41,128 nt of DNA from Candidatus Elulimicrobium sp. (GCA_020722485.1 DYKS01000002.1:1-41128), one strand, 5' to 3'. Numbered from the stretch's first letter, positions 25,238-35,483 are shown. Translations and numbers: made by a program. Notes: generated from the sequence alone by a model not told the origin.

Positions 25238-27676
25238 TTATTCAATAACTATATTTACCAATCGCCCCGCCACGAATATCACTTTCTTAATTTTTTTTCC
25301 ACTAATATATTTCTGCGTTTTTTCGCTTGAGATCGCCAATTTTTTAGCTTCTTCATCGGAAATATTCACCGACGCTTCAATCCTGTCGCGAACTTTGCCA
25401 TTAATTTGAACCACCATTTCAATTGTTTCTTCTTTGATCAGTTCCGGATCATATGTTGGCCATTTCTCTAAAAATATGAGTTTTTTATTTCTCATTCTCT
25501 CCCATAATTCTTCGGAAATATGCGGCGCAAAAGGAGCAAGAAGTATCAAAAATTTTTCTATCACCGTTTTTGAAAGTTTCTTGTTTTTGATATTATTTAT
25601 AAATATCATCAACTTGCTGATCGCCGTGTTAAATTTCAATTCTTCAATATCTTCCGTTACTCCTTTAATAGTTTTATTCAACAAAAAAGACAACTCTTTG
25701 GAAATTTGTTCTTCACTATTTAAAACCAATTTGTAATTTTGAAAAAGATTCCATACTTTTTCCAAAAACCGATATACCCCTTTCACTCCCTCTTCGTTCC
25801 ACATTACATCATCTTCCAACGGTCCAGCAAACATCATATACATTCGCGTCGCATCCGCGCCAAATTTAGACACCATTTCATCAGGATTAACCACATTACC
25901 TTTGGATTTACTCATCTTTACTCCGTTTTTATCCAACACCATTCCTTGATGACGTAATTTCAAAAACGGCTCGTCAAAATCAATTAGTCCAATTTTTTTC
26001 AACGCTTTAATAAAAAATCGCGCGTAAAGAAGATGTAAATAAGTATGTTCCGCCCCGCCAATATAGAGATCCACTGGCAACCACCTTTTTAATTTTTCTG
26101 GCGCGCAAAATTCTTTTTCATTTTTTGTATCCGGATAACGCAAAAAATACCAAGAAGAATCCACAAAAGTATCCAAAGTGTCCACCTCCGGTATCCAGTT
26201 TTGTCCGAATAATTTTTCCGTTCGTTCTTTGAGTTCTTTTGATTTTTTAAGCGGTGATTCGCCTGTTGGCGTAAAATCTACATCTTTCGGTAAAAGCCAC
26301 GGCAAATTTTCTTCACCTACGAATTTCGCCTCTCCCTCTGGCGAATAAACAATCGGTATGGGACAACCCCAATACCTTTGTCGCGAAACTGACCAATCGC
26401 GTAAACGATAATTTGAGGTTATTTCCCCGCCTACAAATTCTGTAATTTTCTTCTTCGCCTTCTCGCTTTCCATTCCGTCAAACTTTCCTGAATTAATTAA
26501 TTTTCCTTCTCCCGTGTAAATCTCTTCGGAAATATTTTTTCCAGAAATAACTTTTTTTATCTTAAGTTTGAACTTCTTTGCAAACTCATAATCCCGATTA
26601 TCATGCGCTGGCACAGCCATAATTGCACCCGTACCATATTCACCAAGAACATAATCCGCCACAAAAATTGGCACTTCTTCCCCATTAGCGGGATTGATCG
26701 CTTTAATCCCTTTTAATTCAACTCCTGTTTTTTCTTTATTCTCAATTCGCTCCCTTTCTGTCTTATTTTTCGCTTGTCTTACATATTTCTCAACCTCATC
26801 ATAATTTTTAATTCTTATTTTTTCATTTTCAATTAATGAATGTTCCGGCGCCACTACTAAATAAGTTACCCCAAACAAAGTATCTGGCCGAGTGGTAAAA
26901 ACTGTAATTTCTCCAATTTTATTTTTTTTACCAGCGTAAATTTTTTCATCGTTTGAAAATTGAAAATTAAAAATTGGAAATTTTAAAAGCGATCCTTCTG
27001 ATCTCCCAATCCAATTTTTTTGATTCTTTTTGGTGGATTCTGGCCAATCTAATTTATCCAAATCATTGATTAAATCCTCAGCAAAATCAGTAATTTTAAA
27101 AAACCATCCCAATACTTCTTTTTGCTCAATCTTGGTTTTACAGCGTTCACATCTTCCATCCACTACTTGCTCATTGGCAATACTGGTTTGACAAGATGGA
27201 CACCAATTAATTTTATCCATTTTTCTTTCCACTAATCCATTTTGAAAAAATTTTCCAAAAATATATTGTGTCCATTTGTAATAAGAAGGATCGGAAGTAT
27301 AAATTAAATTTTTCAAATCGTGTCCTAAACCTAACATTTTCATTTGACGCAAATAATTGTCCGTATTTTTCTTGGTTGTTTTTTCGGGATGAATTCCGGT
27401 TTTTACGGCATAATTTTCCGCTGGCAAACCAAAAGAATCAAAACCCTGCGGATGCAAAACATCATATCCTTGCATTTTTTTGAAACGATAAATTATATCC
27501 GAAGCAGTATAAGATTCCGTGTGTCCCATATGCAATCCGTCTCCCGATGGATAAGGAAACATATCTAAAACATAATATTTTTTCTTTTCGGGTTCGTCTT
27601 TATGTTCATATAATTTCTCTTTTGTCCATCTTTCTTGCCATTTTTCTTCAATTTTTTGATGATTATATTTTTCCAT
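25238..27676 (-). CDS. leuS: Leucine--tRNA ligase
   Basis: HIGH variant (PYPSGDGLHMGH), KMSKS (VKMSKSKGN), CP1 editing domain TTRPDT, and zinc-type C..C...C..C. Confidence 0.95.
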   Translation of the reverse strand: MEKYNHQKIEEKWQERWTKEKLYEHKDEPEKKKYYVLDMFPYPSGDGLHMGHTESYTASDIIYRFKKMQGYDVLHPQGFDSFGLPAENYAVKTGIHPEKTTKKNTDNYLRQMKMLGLGHDLKNLIYTSDPSYYKWTQYIFGKFFQNGLVERKMDKINWCPSCQTSIANEQVVDGRCERCKTKIEQKEVLGWFFKITDFAEDLINDLDKLDWPESTKKNQKNWIGRSEGSLLKFPIFNFQFSNDEKIYAGKKNKIGEITVFTTRPDTLFGVTYLVVAPEHSLIENEKIRIKNYDEVEKYVRQAKNKTERERIENKEKTGVELKGIKAINPANGEEVPIFVADYVLGEYGTGAIMAVPAHDNRDYEFAKKFKLKIKKVISGKNISEEIYTGEGKLINSGKFDGMESEKAKKKITEFVGGEITSNYRLRDWSVSRQRYWGCPIPIVYSPEGEAKFVGEENLPWLLPKDVDFTPTGESPLKKSKELKERTEKLFGQNWIPEVDTLDTFVDSSWYFLRYPDTKNEKEFCAPEKLKRWLPVDLYIGGAEHTYLHLLYARFFIKALKKIGLIDFDEPFLKLRHQGMVLDKNGVKMSKSKGNVVNPDEMVSKFGADATRMYMMFAGPLEDDVMWNEEGVKGVYRFLEKVWNLFQNYKLVLNSEEQISKELSFLLNKTIKGVTEDIEELKFNTAISKLMIFINNIKNKKLSKTVIEKFLILLAPFAPHISEELWERMRNKKLIFLEKWPTYDPELIKEETIEMVVQINGKVRDRIEASVNISDEEAKKLAISSEKTQKYISGKKIKKVIFVAGRLVNIVIE

Positions 27677-27777
27677 AATTTTTTTTAATATCTTAATATT
27701 ATCTTATTTTTCAGCTTTTTTCAACTAAAAAAACGAGACGTTTCCCCTTGAAAAAATAAAAAAAAAGAGTAAACTTA

Positions 27778-29208
27778 ATGGAACTTATGCTCCCGAAATA
27801 TCTTATCAAAACTTTTGGTTGCCAAATGAATTATAGCGATTCAGAAAGAATTGCCGCTTTTTTAGATTTCTTTGGTTTAAAAGAAGTAAAAGAGAAAAAA
27901 ACTGTTCAATTTTCTACTTCCAATTATTTAAAATCTTCAAAAGCGAAAAATTTAATAATTATTTTCAATACTTGCGGCGTGCGTCAAATGGCGGAAGATC
28001 GCGTGTATGGCCAAGTTCATAATTTGCGCAAAAACAATCCGCAAATCAAAATAATTTTAACCGGCTGTTTAGCACTCCGAGCGGACGTTCAAAAAAGATT
28101 AAAAGAGAAGGTAGATTTATTTTTTCCAATAAATCAACTACAACAACTGGAAAAGTGGCTTATTAAAAATTATCCCGAAATTGAAAATTTAAATTTAAAA
28201 AATTCTGTTTTTAAAAACCAAACTTTATCTCAAGAAAATATCTCTTATCTTTCTATTAAACCCAAATATTTTAATAAATTTTCAGCTTATGTTCCCATTA
28301 TGACCGGCTGTAATAATTTTTGTTCTTATTGTGTCGTTCCTTACGCGCGCGGAAGAGAAATTTCCCGTCCAGCAACGGAAATTTTGAAAGAAATTAAAGA
28401 TTTAATTAGAAAAAAATATCAACATATCATTTTATTGGGACAAAACGTCAATTCTTATACTGATGGAAAAAATAATTTCTCCGCTTTGTTAAAAAAAATA
28501 AACGCATTGCCGGGAAATTTTTGGTTAAGTTTTTTAAGCAATCATCCTAAAAATGTAACTGATGAAATGATTGAGACTGTCGCTAAAAGCGAAAAAGTTT
28601 GCGAATTTTTCCATTTGCCGATTCAGTCCGGCAATGACGAAATTTTAAGAAAAATGAATCGCCACTATACCGCCCAACAATATTTAAACTTAATAAATAA
28701 AATAAAAAAAGCTTATAAAAAATATAAACCGGACAAACTTTTTTCTTTAACCGGCGACATTATTGTCGGTTTTCCCGGAGAAACAAAAAAACAATTTTTA
28801 GATTCGGCGAAAATTATGCGTCAAGTAAAATATGATATGGTTTATTTTGGACAATTTTCTCCTCGCCCCGGCACCGTCGCTTGGAAAATGAAAGACAATG
28901 TCTCTAAAAAAGAAAAAAAACAACGAGAAAAATTTCTCAATGAAATTCTCAAAGAAACCTCTTTAAAAAATAACCAAAAGTACGTCGGAAAAATACTGGA
29001 AGTTTTACTAGAAAAAAAAGAAGGAAATTTTTATTTTGGAAAAACCCGCACAATGAAAAATGTAAAAGTTATAGCAACAAACAAAAAGAATTTAATCGGA
29101 AAAATAATTCTAGTAAAAATAACGCGCGCGCATATTTGGAATTTAGAAGGAAAAATCGTTTCAAAAACTAATAACATTCACCGACAACCAAATGAAAAAA
29201 AAGAATAA
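27778..29208 (+). CDS. miaB: tRNA (i6A37) methylthiotransferase MiaB-type radical-SAM enzyme
   Basis: UPF0004 domain TFGCQMNYSDSE, radical-SAM CNNFCSYCVVP and a C-terminal TRAM domain. Confidence 0.85.
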   Translation: MELMLPKYLIKTFGCQMNYSDSERIAAFLDFFGLKEVKEKKTVQFSTSNYLKSSKAKNLIIIFNTCGVRQMAEDRVYGQVHNLRKNNPQIKIILTGCLALRADVQKRLKEKVDLFFPINQLQQLEKWLIKNYPEIENLNLKNSVFKNQTLSQENISYLSIKPKYFNKFSAYVPIMTGCNNFCSYCVVPYARGREISRPATEILKEIKDLIRKKYQHIILLGQNVNSYTDGKNNFSALLKKINALPGNFWLSFLSNHPKNVTDEMIETVAKSEKVCEFFHLPIQSGNDEILRKMNRHYTAQQYLNLINKIKKAYKKYKPDKLFSLTGDIIVGFPGETKKQFLDSAKIMRQVKYDMVYFGQFSPRPGTVAWKMKDNVSKKEKKQREKFLNEILKETSLKNNQKYVGKILEVLLEKKEGNFYFGKTRTMKNVKVIATNKKNLIGKIILVKITRAHIWNLEGKIVSKTNNIHRQPNEKKE

Positions 29209-30187
29209 ACTCAAAGAGCAACCTACTAATAAAATCCTCGTTATTCTAGGACCCACTGCTTCTGGAAAATCGGATTTAGCAATTCAATTAGCGCGCGAAT
29301 TCGAAGGAGAAATCATTTCCGCCGATTCCCGACAAGTATATCGAGGAATGGATATTGGCTCGGGAAAAGTAACGCGCGATTCTTTTTCTCCGCGAATAAA
29401 TTCAGAAACAAAACCGCTTCCCAAAAACAAAAAAATAATTCCTTATTGGAGCGAAGGCATCCCTCATTATCTCATTGACATCGTTAATCCTAAAACAAAA
29501 TATAACGCCGCTAAATTTAAAAAAGACGCCGAAAAAATTATAAAGTATATTCTTTCACGCGGGAAAATTCCCATTATCTGCGGCGGTACTGGTTTCTGGA
29601 TTAAAACCATTGTGGATAATATTTCTTTTCCGAATGTTAAACCAGATTGGAAATTACGCAATCAATTGCGCGACAAAAGCGCCGCTGAATTATTCAAAAA
29701 ATTAAAAGAACTTGATCGCGAACGCGCTAAAACTATTGATCCTAAAAATAAAGTTCGTTTAATTCGCGCTATTGAAATCTGCCAATCAATCGGCAAAGTT
29801 CCTCCTGTTTATCATATTTCAGGCGGCGCGTGTTATCAATTTATTCAAATCGGGATTGATCGACCAAAAGAAGAATTAAATTTAAAAATTAAAAAAAGAT
29901 TAGAAGAAAGATTTAAGCAAGGAATGATTGAAGAAGTAAAAAAATTACACAAAGAAAAGAAAGCGAGTTGGAAAAGGTTGGAAGAGTTTGGATTGGAATA
30001 TCGTTGGATCGCTCGTTTCTTGCAAGAAAAAATATCAGAAAAAGAAATGAAAGAAAATCTTTATCAAGCTATTTGCGCTTACGCTAAACGGCAGAGAACT
30101 TGGTTTAAAAAAGACCAAAGAATAATATGGTTAAAAGATTATTCAGAGATTAAAAAAACGATAAAAAATTTTTTAAAAGAAAAATAA
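29192..30187 (+). CDS. miaA: tRNA dimethylallyltransferase MiaA
   Basis: GPTASGKSDLAI.LA...GEIISADSRQVYRGMDIGSGK, YA.RQ.TWF. 17-nt overlap with miaB. Confidence 0.9.
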   Translation: MKKKNKLKEQPTNKILVILGPTASGKSDLAIQLAREFEGEIISADSRQVYRGMDIGSGKVTRDSFSPRINSETKPLPKNKKIIPYWSEGIPHYLIDIVNPKTKYNAAKFKKDAEKIIKYILSRGKIPIICGGTGFWIKTIVDNISFPNVKPDWKLRNQLRDKSAAELFKKLKELDRERAKTIDPKNKVRLIRAIEICQSIGKVPPVYHISGGACYQFIQIGIDRPKEELNLKIKKRLEERFKQGMIEEVKKLHKEKKASWKRLEEFGLEYRWIARFLQEKISEKEMKENLYQAICAYAKRQRTWFKKDQRIIWLKDYSEIKKTIKNFLKEK

Positions 30188-30279
30188 TATGTGCCGCGCG
30201 TTATACAGCAACATTACTATTTTAAAATTTAAGAAATGAATGAGATTAATTATTAATTATTAAAGGTTTAATATTTAAA

Positions 30280-30417
30280 AATTGAATCTTTGTCATTAAA
30301 GTAGATTCCCGCCAGAGTTTGACCTCGTGAAAACGGGGGCGGAAATGATAGGGAAAACGCAAGAATGACAAATAAAAATAACTAGCCGAAAAGCAAATAA
30401 CGCAATGAAATCTAGCA
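30280..30417 (+). mobile_element. MITE-like intergenic repeat, copy D (long form, left arm degenerate)
   Basis: tgtcatt..gattcccgcc..gggcggaaatgata..gcaagaatgacaaataaaaataactagccgaaaagcaaataacgcaatgaaatctagca is collinear with copy B. It abuts the gatB stop codon. Confidence 0.5.
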
Positions 30418-30419
30418 AA

Positions 30420-31910
30420 TTATTGAAGCAATTTTTTGAGCATTTTCATCGCTAACTGGGGATTGGCTTTTCCTTGCGTTTCTTTCATAATTTGCCCCAT
30501 CAAAAATTTCAGAGCATTTTCTTTGCCTGCTCGGTAATCCGTCACGGAAGCGGAATTTTTTTCAATAACTTTTTTAGCAATATTCTCCAATTCTCCCTCA
30601 TCGCTTACCTGAATTAAATTTTTGTTTGTGATAATTTGACTGGGATCGCCTCCTTTTTTATACATTTCCGCCAGCACTTGTTGAGCGGCGCTGGAATTGA
30701 TTTTTCCGTCCGCCACAAAACCGATCAGTTCGGCGTAATTTTCTGGAGTAATTTTTATTTCTGTTATTTTCTGTCCATGTTCTACTAAATGTTTTCTCAA
30801 TTCCGTGTTAATGTAATTAGCCGCTAATTTAATTATTTTTTCTTCATCCGCGATAATTTCTCTCGCTTCTTTTTTTTCTTTTAATTCGCTAATCGTTTTT
30901 TCAAAATAATCAGCCAGATCGCGTTCGGAAACCAAAATTTCCACCGCCTCCGGAGTTAGTTTGTATTGTTTTAAAAATCGTTCTTTTTTCGCGTCAGGAA
31001 GTTCAGGAAGTCGCATTTTTAGATCTTCAAAATACGCGTCGGAAAATTCCATAGGAGGAATATCCGGCTCGGGAAAATAACGGTAATCAGCGGCTGTCTC
31101 TTTAACACGTTGAGAAACAGTAATACCGCGATTTAAATCCCAACCGCGAGTTTCTTGAATGACATCCTGACCATTTTCTAAAATTTCTTTTTGCCTTTCA
31201 ATTTCATAATTAATCGCCTTTTCCACAAATTTAAATGAGTTAATATTTTTTATTTCCACTTTAGTTCCGCTTAATCTGTCTTGTCCTTCTTTGTATAAAG
31301 AAACATTGGCTTCGCAGCGCATATTTCCCTTTTCCATATCCGCGTCTGAAATTCCTAGATATCGACAAATTTGCTGTAATTTCTGAGAAAAAATTCGCGC
31401 TTCTTCTCCCGACTCAAAATCAGGTTCGGTAACCAGTTCCATTAGTGGTAAACCGGCACGATTAAAATCCAATAAAGAATAACCCGCTCCTTTGAGATGA
31501 AGAGATTTTCCTGTGTCTTCTTCTAAATGAATTCGAGTAATTCCTATTCGTTTGTTAGCGCGCGCTTCTTTACCTACAGAAATATCTAAATAACCCTTTT
31601 CACATAAAGGTTCATCGTATTGGGAAATTTGATAACCTTTGGGAATGTCGGGATAAAAATAATTTTTGCGATCAAATTTTGATTTTTTACGTAACTGACA
31701 ATTTAAAGCCAATCCTGCCAACTGAACAAATTCCACCGCTTTTCGATTAGGAACCGGTAAAGTGCCGGGATGCCCCATACAAACAGGACAAATATTAACA
31801 TTCGGTTCTTTTTCTAATCCCATTCCGTTCTTGCAATCGCAAAACATCTTGGACTGAGTTTTCAATTCCACATGAATTTCCATTCCAATTGTCGCTTTAT
31901 ATTTGTTCAT
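30420..31910 (-). CDS. gatB: Asp/Glu-tRNA(Asn/Gln) amidotransferase subunit B
   Basis: IGMEIHVEL.T.SKMFC.C, PGTLPV.N, DFNRAG.PLMELVTEP and a C-terminal YqeY-like tail. Confidence 0.95.
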   Translation of the reverse strand: MNKYKATIGMEIHVELKTQSKMFCDCKNGMGLEKEPNVNICPVCMGHPGTLPVPNRKAVEFVQLAGLALNCQLRKKSKFDRKNYFYPDIPKGYQISQYDEPLCEKGYLDISVGKEARANKRIGITRIHLEEDTGKSLHLKGAGYSLLDFNRAGLPLMELVTEPDFESGEEARIFSQKLQQICRYLGISDADMEKGNMRCEANVSLYKEGQDRLSGTKVEIKNINSFKFVEKAINYEIERQKEILENGQDVIQETRGWDLNRGITVSQRVKETAADYRYFPEPDIPPMEFSDAYFEDLKMRLPELPDAKKERFLKQYKLTPEAVEILVSERDLADYFEKTISELKEKKEAREIIADEEKIIKLAANYINTELRKHLVEHGQKITEIKITPENYAELIGFVADGKINSSAAQQVLAEMYKKGGDPSQIITNKNLIQVSDEGELENIAKKVIEKNSASVTDYRAGKENALKFLMGQIMKETQGKANPQLAMKMLKKLLQ

Positions 31911-31952
31911 AATTTAATGCAACGTAAATACAAAATTATAAATCATTAATAC

Positions 31953-32282
31953 TTATCTTTCGTCTCCACTGCCTCCAATTTTTCCCCGCTCCATTCGACT
32001 GGATAATTTTTCAATATTTTTTTCCGCCACTTTATTTAAATCTAAACCTAGCTCCGTCACTATTTGCGACACATACCATAAAACATCGCCTAATTCTTTT
32101 TCTATTTTTTCTTTTGTTTCTTCATCAATTTTTCCTCCTTTATCTCTAATAACTTTTTTAATTTTTTCCGCCACTTCTCCCGATTCTCCCGCCAATCCCA
32201 AAGTAGGATAAATAAAATTACTTCCGGCATCAGGATAAATAGCCGTCTTTCTTGATTTTTTTTGATATTCGTTAAAATCCAT
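31953..32282 (-). CDS. MazG-like all-alpha nucleoside triphosphate pyrophosphohydrolase
   Basis: 109 aa. GLAGESGEVAEKIKK..RD and ELGDVLWYV (EExxE/D-type metal motifs). Confidence 0.8.
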   Translation of the reverse strand: MDFNEYQKKSRKTAIYPDAGSNFIYPTLGLAGESGEVAEKIKKVIRDKGGKIDEETKEKIEKELGDVLWYVSQIVTELGLDLNKVAEKNIEKLSSRMERGKIGGSGDER

Positions 32283-32301
32283 AAATTTGATAAAACTTTA
32301 A

Positions 32302-32922
32302 TTATTTTATTTTAAAATGAGATTTAATTATCTTTTTCAAATCACTTTGCACTTTTTTAATATTATCTTCTTTCTTCTTTTTTTGGTTAGCGGACACATT
32401 CACCCAATTATATTTTTCCGCCAATAGCTGATTAAAACTGCGACAAATTTGAATTCTTTCCGGATCAATTTCATTGCGGTGATTTTTTTCTATCGCGGTT
32501 AAAAACCTTTCACCGTCCATCAAGATTTCTAGATCGGGTTTAAGTAAATTTTCGTTTATTTTTTCCAAATAATCAAGTTCGCCTCCCCAAACTAGCCCCC
32601 AAGCAATACCAGTGCCAATATAATCTTCCGCCACAATCCATTCTCCTTTCTTCAATCTCTGCAATAAAGTTTTCTCATAACGTTTTCTGTTTTGAGCGTA
32701 TTTTTCTTGAAATTTATGAGTGGATAATTTATTTTTTTTCCTAAATTCAGGATTGCGTAAATATTGATAAATAAACGGACCTTCCGGCGCCAAATCGTAA
32801 ATAGGATATTTCAATTTATGCGCGTCTTTTCCTTGCGATTTTAAATATTTAACTAACAATTCAACCTGAGTTGTTTTTCCTATTCCGTTAATACCGTATA
32901 TAGCAATAAATTTTCCCATCAT
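32302..32922 (-). CDS. tmk: Thymidylate kinase-like P-loop kinase
   Basis: FIAIYGINGIGKTTQ..LL..L...G, then P......G..I..YL, DYIGTGIAWG and KPDLEILMD. These match the Tmk architecture (P-loop, DRY-like region, lid). Confidence 0.65.
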   Translation of the reverse strand: MMGKFIAIYGINGIGKTTQVELLVKYLKSQGKDAHKLKYPIYDLAPEGPFIYQYLRNPEFRKKNKLSTHKFQEKYAQNRKRYEKTLLQRLKKGEWIVAEDYIGTGIAWGLVWGGELDYLEKINENLLKPDLEILMDGERFLTAIEKNHRNEIDPERIQICRSFNQLLAEKYNWVNVSANQKKKKEDNIKKVQSDLKKIIKSHFKIK

Positions 32923-32964
32923 AATATTTCTTTATTCAAAATACTTATATACATTATCCAATTG

Positions 32965-34317
32965 TTACTTTTTAATAATAATATCTTGTTCTCCTCTCTG
33001 AACATCAAACCGATTCGGTTCTTCATCTAAATGAAAAATTAGCCCATCTTTAGCAAATAATTTTTTCAAACTCGCGATCATTTTCAAAATCTGTTCAACC
33101 AATGTTGGATGCACGAAACGAGTAGAACGCAATTCCGCCAAATAAACCAACGCTTTCAAATCACCGGCGAAACGGCACGGCACCCGATAACCCATCGCGA
33201 TAAAATATTGTCTCTCTTCTTTAGAAATTTTCATTTTTTTAATTTTTTTCTCTTGCGCTTTGATAAATTCCTCCGCTTCTTTTTTCAACTCGGAAGGAAG
33301 CGCGTTTAGATACCATGGATTAAATCCATGATCCAAAACTAAAAGAGGCATTCTTTGGACAATCGCCCGATGTCTTTGTAAATCGCGAAATGATCCGAAA
33401 TCCAAAAGAAATTCATAAGCAAGTGTTCCACATTCGCCAATCATAGTCGGCAATTCAGTTTTCTTTGGTCGTTTTTCTAATATATCTCTATAATTTACCA
33501 ATAACTTTCTGTTTATATTATCATACAAAAGCTTAAAATTTTTGACTTTTTTATTTTCATAATAATATTTTTTCCGCATCCAATATTCATTGTATTTTTC
33601 CGTTTGAGGAAATCTTTCCTGCCCAAAAGAACTGGAATACATATTTTTAAGCGCCATTTCCGTTTTTTCAGCTATATCGCGAACTTCTTCTAGCGGATGA
33701 TGACGCAAAAGCATCAGCTCATCCGCGAATTGGCGAAAATTCATTCGCCATGCCACATTAGTAGTCGCTCCCGCGGGCAAAAAAGCGCGAGCAATATCAA
33801 ACGCGCGAGCGTTAATCGCTTTTTCGTAAATTTCTTCTTTTTCTTTTTTTTGGCGAGGAAATTGTTTTTTTAAATATTCCCGCAATGGCTTCTGTAAACG
33901 CAAATAAAATTTCCGCCAATTTTCCAAAATTTCTTTACCTTCTTTTGTTCCAGTGGAATCTAAAAATTTTTGCCGAGAAAAATCCACATATCTTGTTGAG
34001 GCTTCTTGTCCGGAATAAAGCCGCCAGTCTTGAATGGCTTTCGCCGCCAACATAGAAATCCCTTCCACAAAAACAGTCGCACTACCGCAATCGCCAATAG
34101 ACTTATGCCCATAACCGACATAAAATCGCTCCATAAAATTTTCGGCGCCTTTTTCTTTTAAAATTTTCAAATGATGTTTAATCCCGCCGGTAGATCGCGA
34201 ATGTAATGCTTGTAGCATTGCTTCCGCTTGCCCGTCAATTTTGGCTTGAGTGTTCAAAACTAAAATAAAACCGCCATTGGATAATTTTTTGATCACGTGA
34301 TTTTTTAGAATATTCAT
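32965..34317 (-). CDS. thyX: Internally duplicated ThyX-like (FAD-dependent thymidylate synthase family) protein
   Basis: 450 aa, about twice the usual ThyX length. The N-half has GHKSIGDCG..VFVEGIS..AAKAIQDWRLYSGQEASTRYV and ARAFLPAG.TT......N.R.F...L.LR. The C-half has F..DLQRHRAIVQR and ..GY......G.LKALVYLAELRS. Confidence 0.6.
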   Translation of the reverse strand: MNILKNHVIKKLSNGGFILVLNTQAKIDGQAEAMLQALHSRSTGGIKHHLKILKEKGAENFMERFYVGYGHKSIGDCGSATVFVEGISMLAAKAIQDWRLYSGQEASTRYVDFSRQKFLDSTGTKEGKEILENWRKFYLRLQKPLREYLKKQFPRQKKEKEEIYEKAINARAFDIARAFLPAGATTNVAWRMNFRQFADELMLLRHHPLEEVRDIAEKTEMALKNMYSSSFGQERFPQTEKYNEYWMRKKYYYENKKVKNFKLLYDNINRKLLVNYRDILEKRPKKTELPTMIGECGTLAYEFLLDFGSFRDLQRHRAIVQRMPLLVLDHGFNPWYLNALPSELKKEAEEFIKAQEKKIKKMKISKEERQYFIAMGYRVPCRFAGDLKALVYLAELRSTRFVHPTLVEQILKMIASLKKLFAKDGLIFHLDEEPNRFDVQRGEQDIIIKK

Positions 34318-34397
34318 AATGCTATAAAAACAAAAAAGACTAAACTTCTTTTATTTTAACACACCAAAAGCAAAACAAAAAACGCGAGAAATCGCGT

Positions 34398-34940
34398 TTA
34401 ATTGATAATTTTATCCACTTGAGCATATAAATCATCCCAATCGCCATTATTATCAATCACTACATCGGCGTGATTTTTCAAATCTTTAATCTGCAGTTCC
34501 GACTCACTTTGATGCTCTCTCTCAAATTCTTCAAAAGTTTTGTTTTTATCATCAGGATTTTCTCTTCGTTTCAAAATCCTCTCATAACGTTTTTTTATAT
34601 CAGCGTCAATATAAATCAGTTTAAACTCCGGAATCTCTCGTAGATATTTAATATCATCCAGTCGGCGCACTCCGTCTATGATAATCAGATTGTTTTGCTC
34701 TTCTTTCACATCTTCCGCCATCACCTTGGCCAGCGCGTCCTCTCCGAAGCTCTCACGCAAAGAAGTGGAAAGATTCTGCATATTTTTCCGACTCTGTTCT
34801 AAGTGCAAGCGATCCAAAATATCACGGAGTATAGTGGAAAACCGGTAAGATGAAGCATTATGTTTCTTTTTTAAATATTCCGCCACCGTTCCTTTTCCGC
34901 TAGCAATTTCTCCAGCGATCCCTAAAATTATTTTCTGCAT
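34398..34940 (-). CDS. P-loop nucleotide kinase, dNMP-kinase/dephospho-CoA-kinase-like (paralogue 1)
   Basis: 180 aa. ILGIAGEIASGKGTVAEYLK, IIDGVRRLDD and a lid-like RYERILKRRE. Collinear with the ORF at 35528-36085. Confidence 0.5.
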   Translation of the reverse strand: MQKIILGIAGEIASGKGTVAEYLKKKHNASSYRFSTILRDILDRLHLEQSRKNMQNLSTSLRESFGEDALAKVMAEDVKEEQNNLIIIDGVRRLDDIKYLREIPEFKLIYIDADIKKRYERILKRRENPDDKNKTFEEFEREHQSESELQIKDLKNHADVVIDNNGDWDDLYAQVDKIIN

Positions 34941-34949
34941 ATATAAAAA

Positions 34950-35483
34950 CTATTTTTTAACCGTTTTAACTCCATATTGTTCCATATCATCAATCAAATC
35001 ATTTTCTCGCCAATCATTTATCCATTCAGAAACATCATATTCCTTAAGCGAACCATCAGCTTGATTGGCAATAACTTTTTCAATTCCGGAATTAATTATC
35101 ATTTTTTTGCAAATAAAACATGGCAACGCGTTGATTATTTGAGATTTTCCGGAATCATCCAGTTTTTCTGAATAAAGATACATAGTGCCTCCCAATATGC
35201 TTACCCCTGCTCGCGCCGCGTTAATAATAGCGTTTTGCTCGGAATGAACGCTTCTGCAAAGTTCATATCTTTGTCCTGATGGAATACCCATCTCTCTTCG
35301 CAGACAACTATTTCGTTCAAAACAATCTTTGGTTTTTCTAGGCGCTCCAACATATCCGGTAGAAATTATTTGATCGTCTTTCACTATAATCGCTCCGTGT
35401 CGAGCCCTAAAACAAGCGCTTCTCATAGAAACCTCCCGAGCAATATTCATATAGTGTTTCTGTTTGGAAACTCTCTCTCGCAT
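34950..35483 (-). CDS. dCMP deaminase (cytidine/deoxycytidylate deaminase zinc-binding family)
   Basis: VHSEQNAI (H-x-E) and PCFICKKMI (PCxxC), with a size and layout typical of ComEB/dCMP deaminases. Confidence 0.85.
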   Translation of the reverse strand: MRERVSKQKHYMNIAREVSMRSACFRARHGAIIVKDDQIISTGYVGAPRKTKDCFERNSCLRREMGIPSGQRYELCRSVHSEQNAIINAARAGVSILGGTMYLYSEKLDDSGKSQIINALPCFICKKMIINSGIEKVIANQADGSLKEYDVSEWINDWRENDLIDDMEQYGVKTVKK

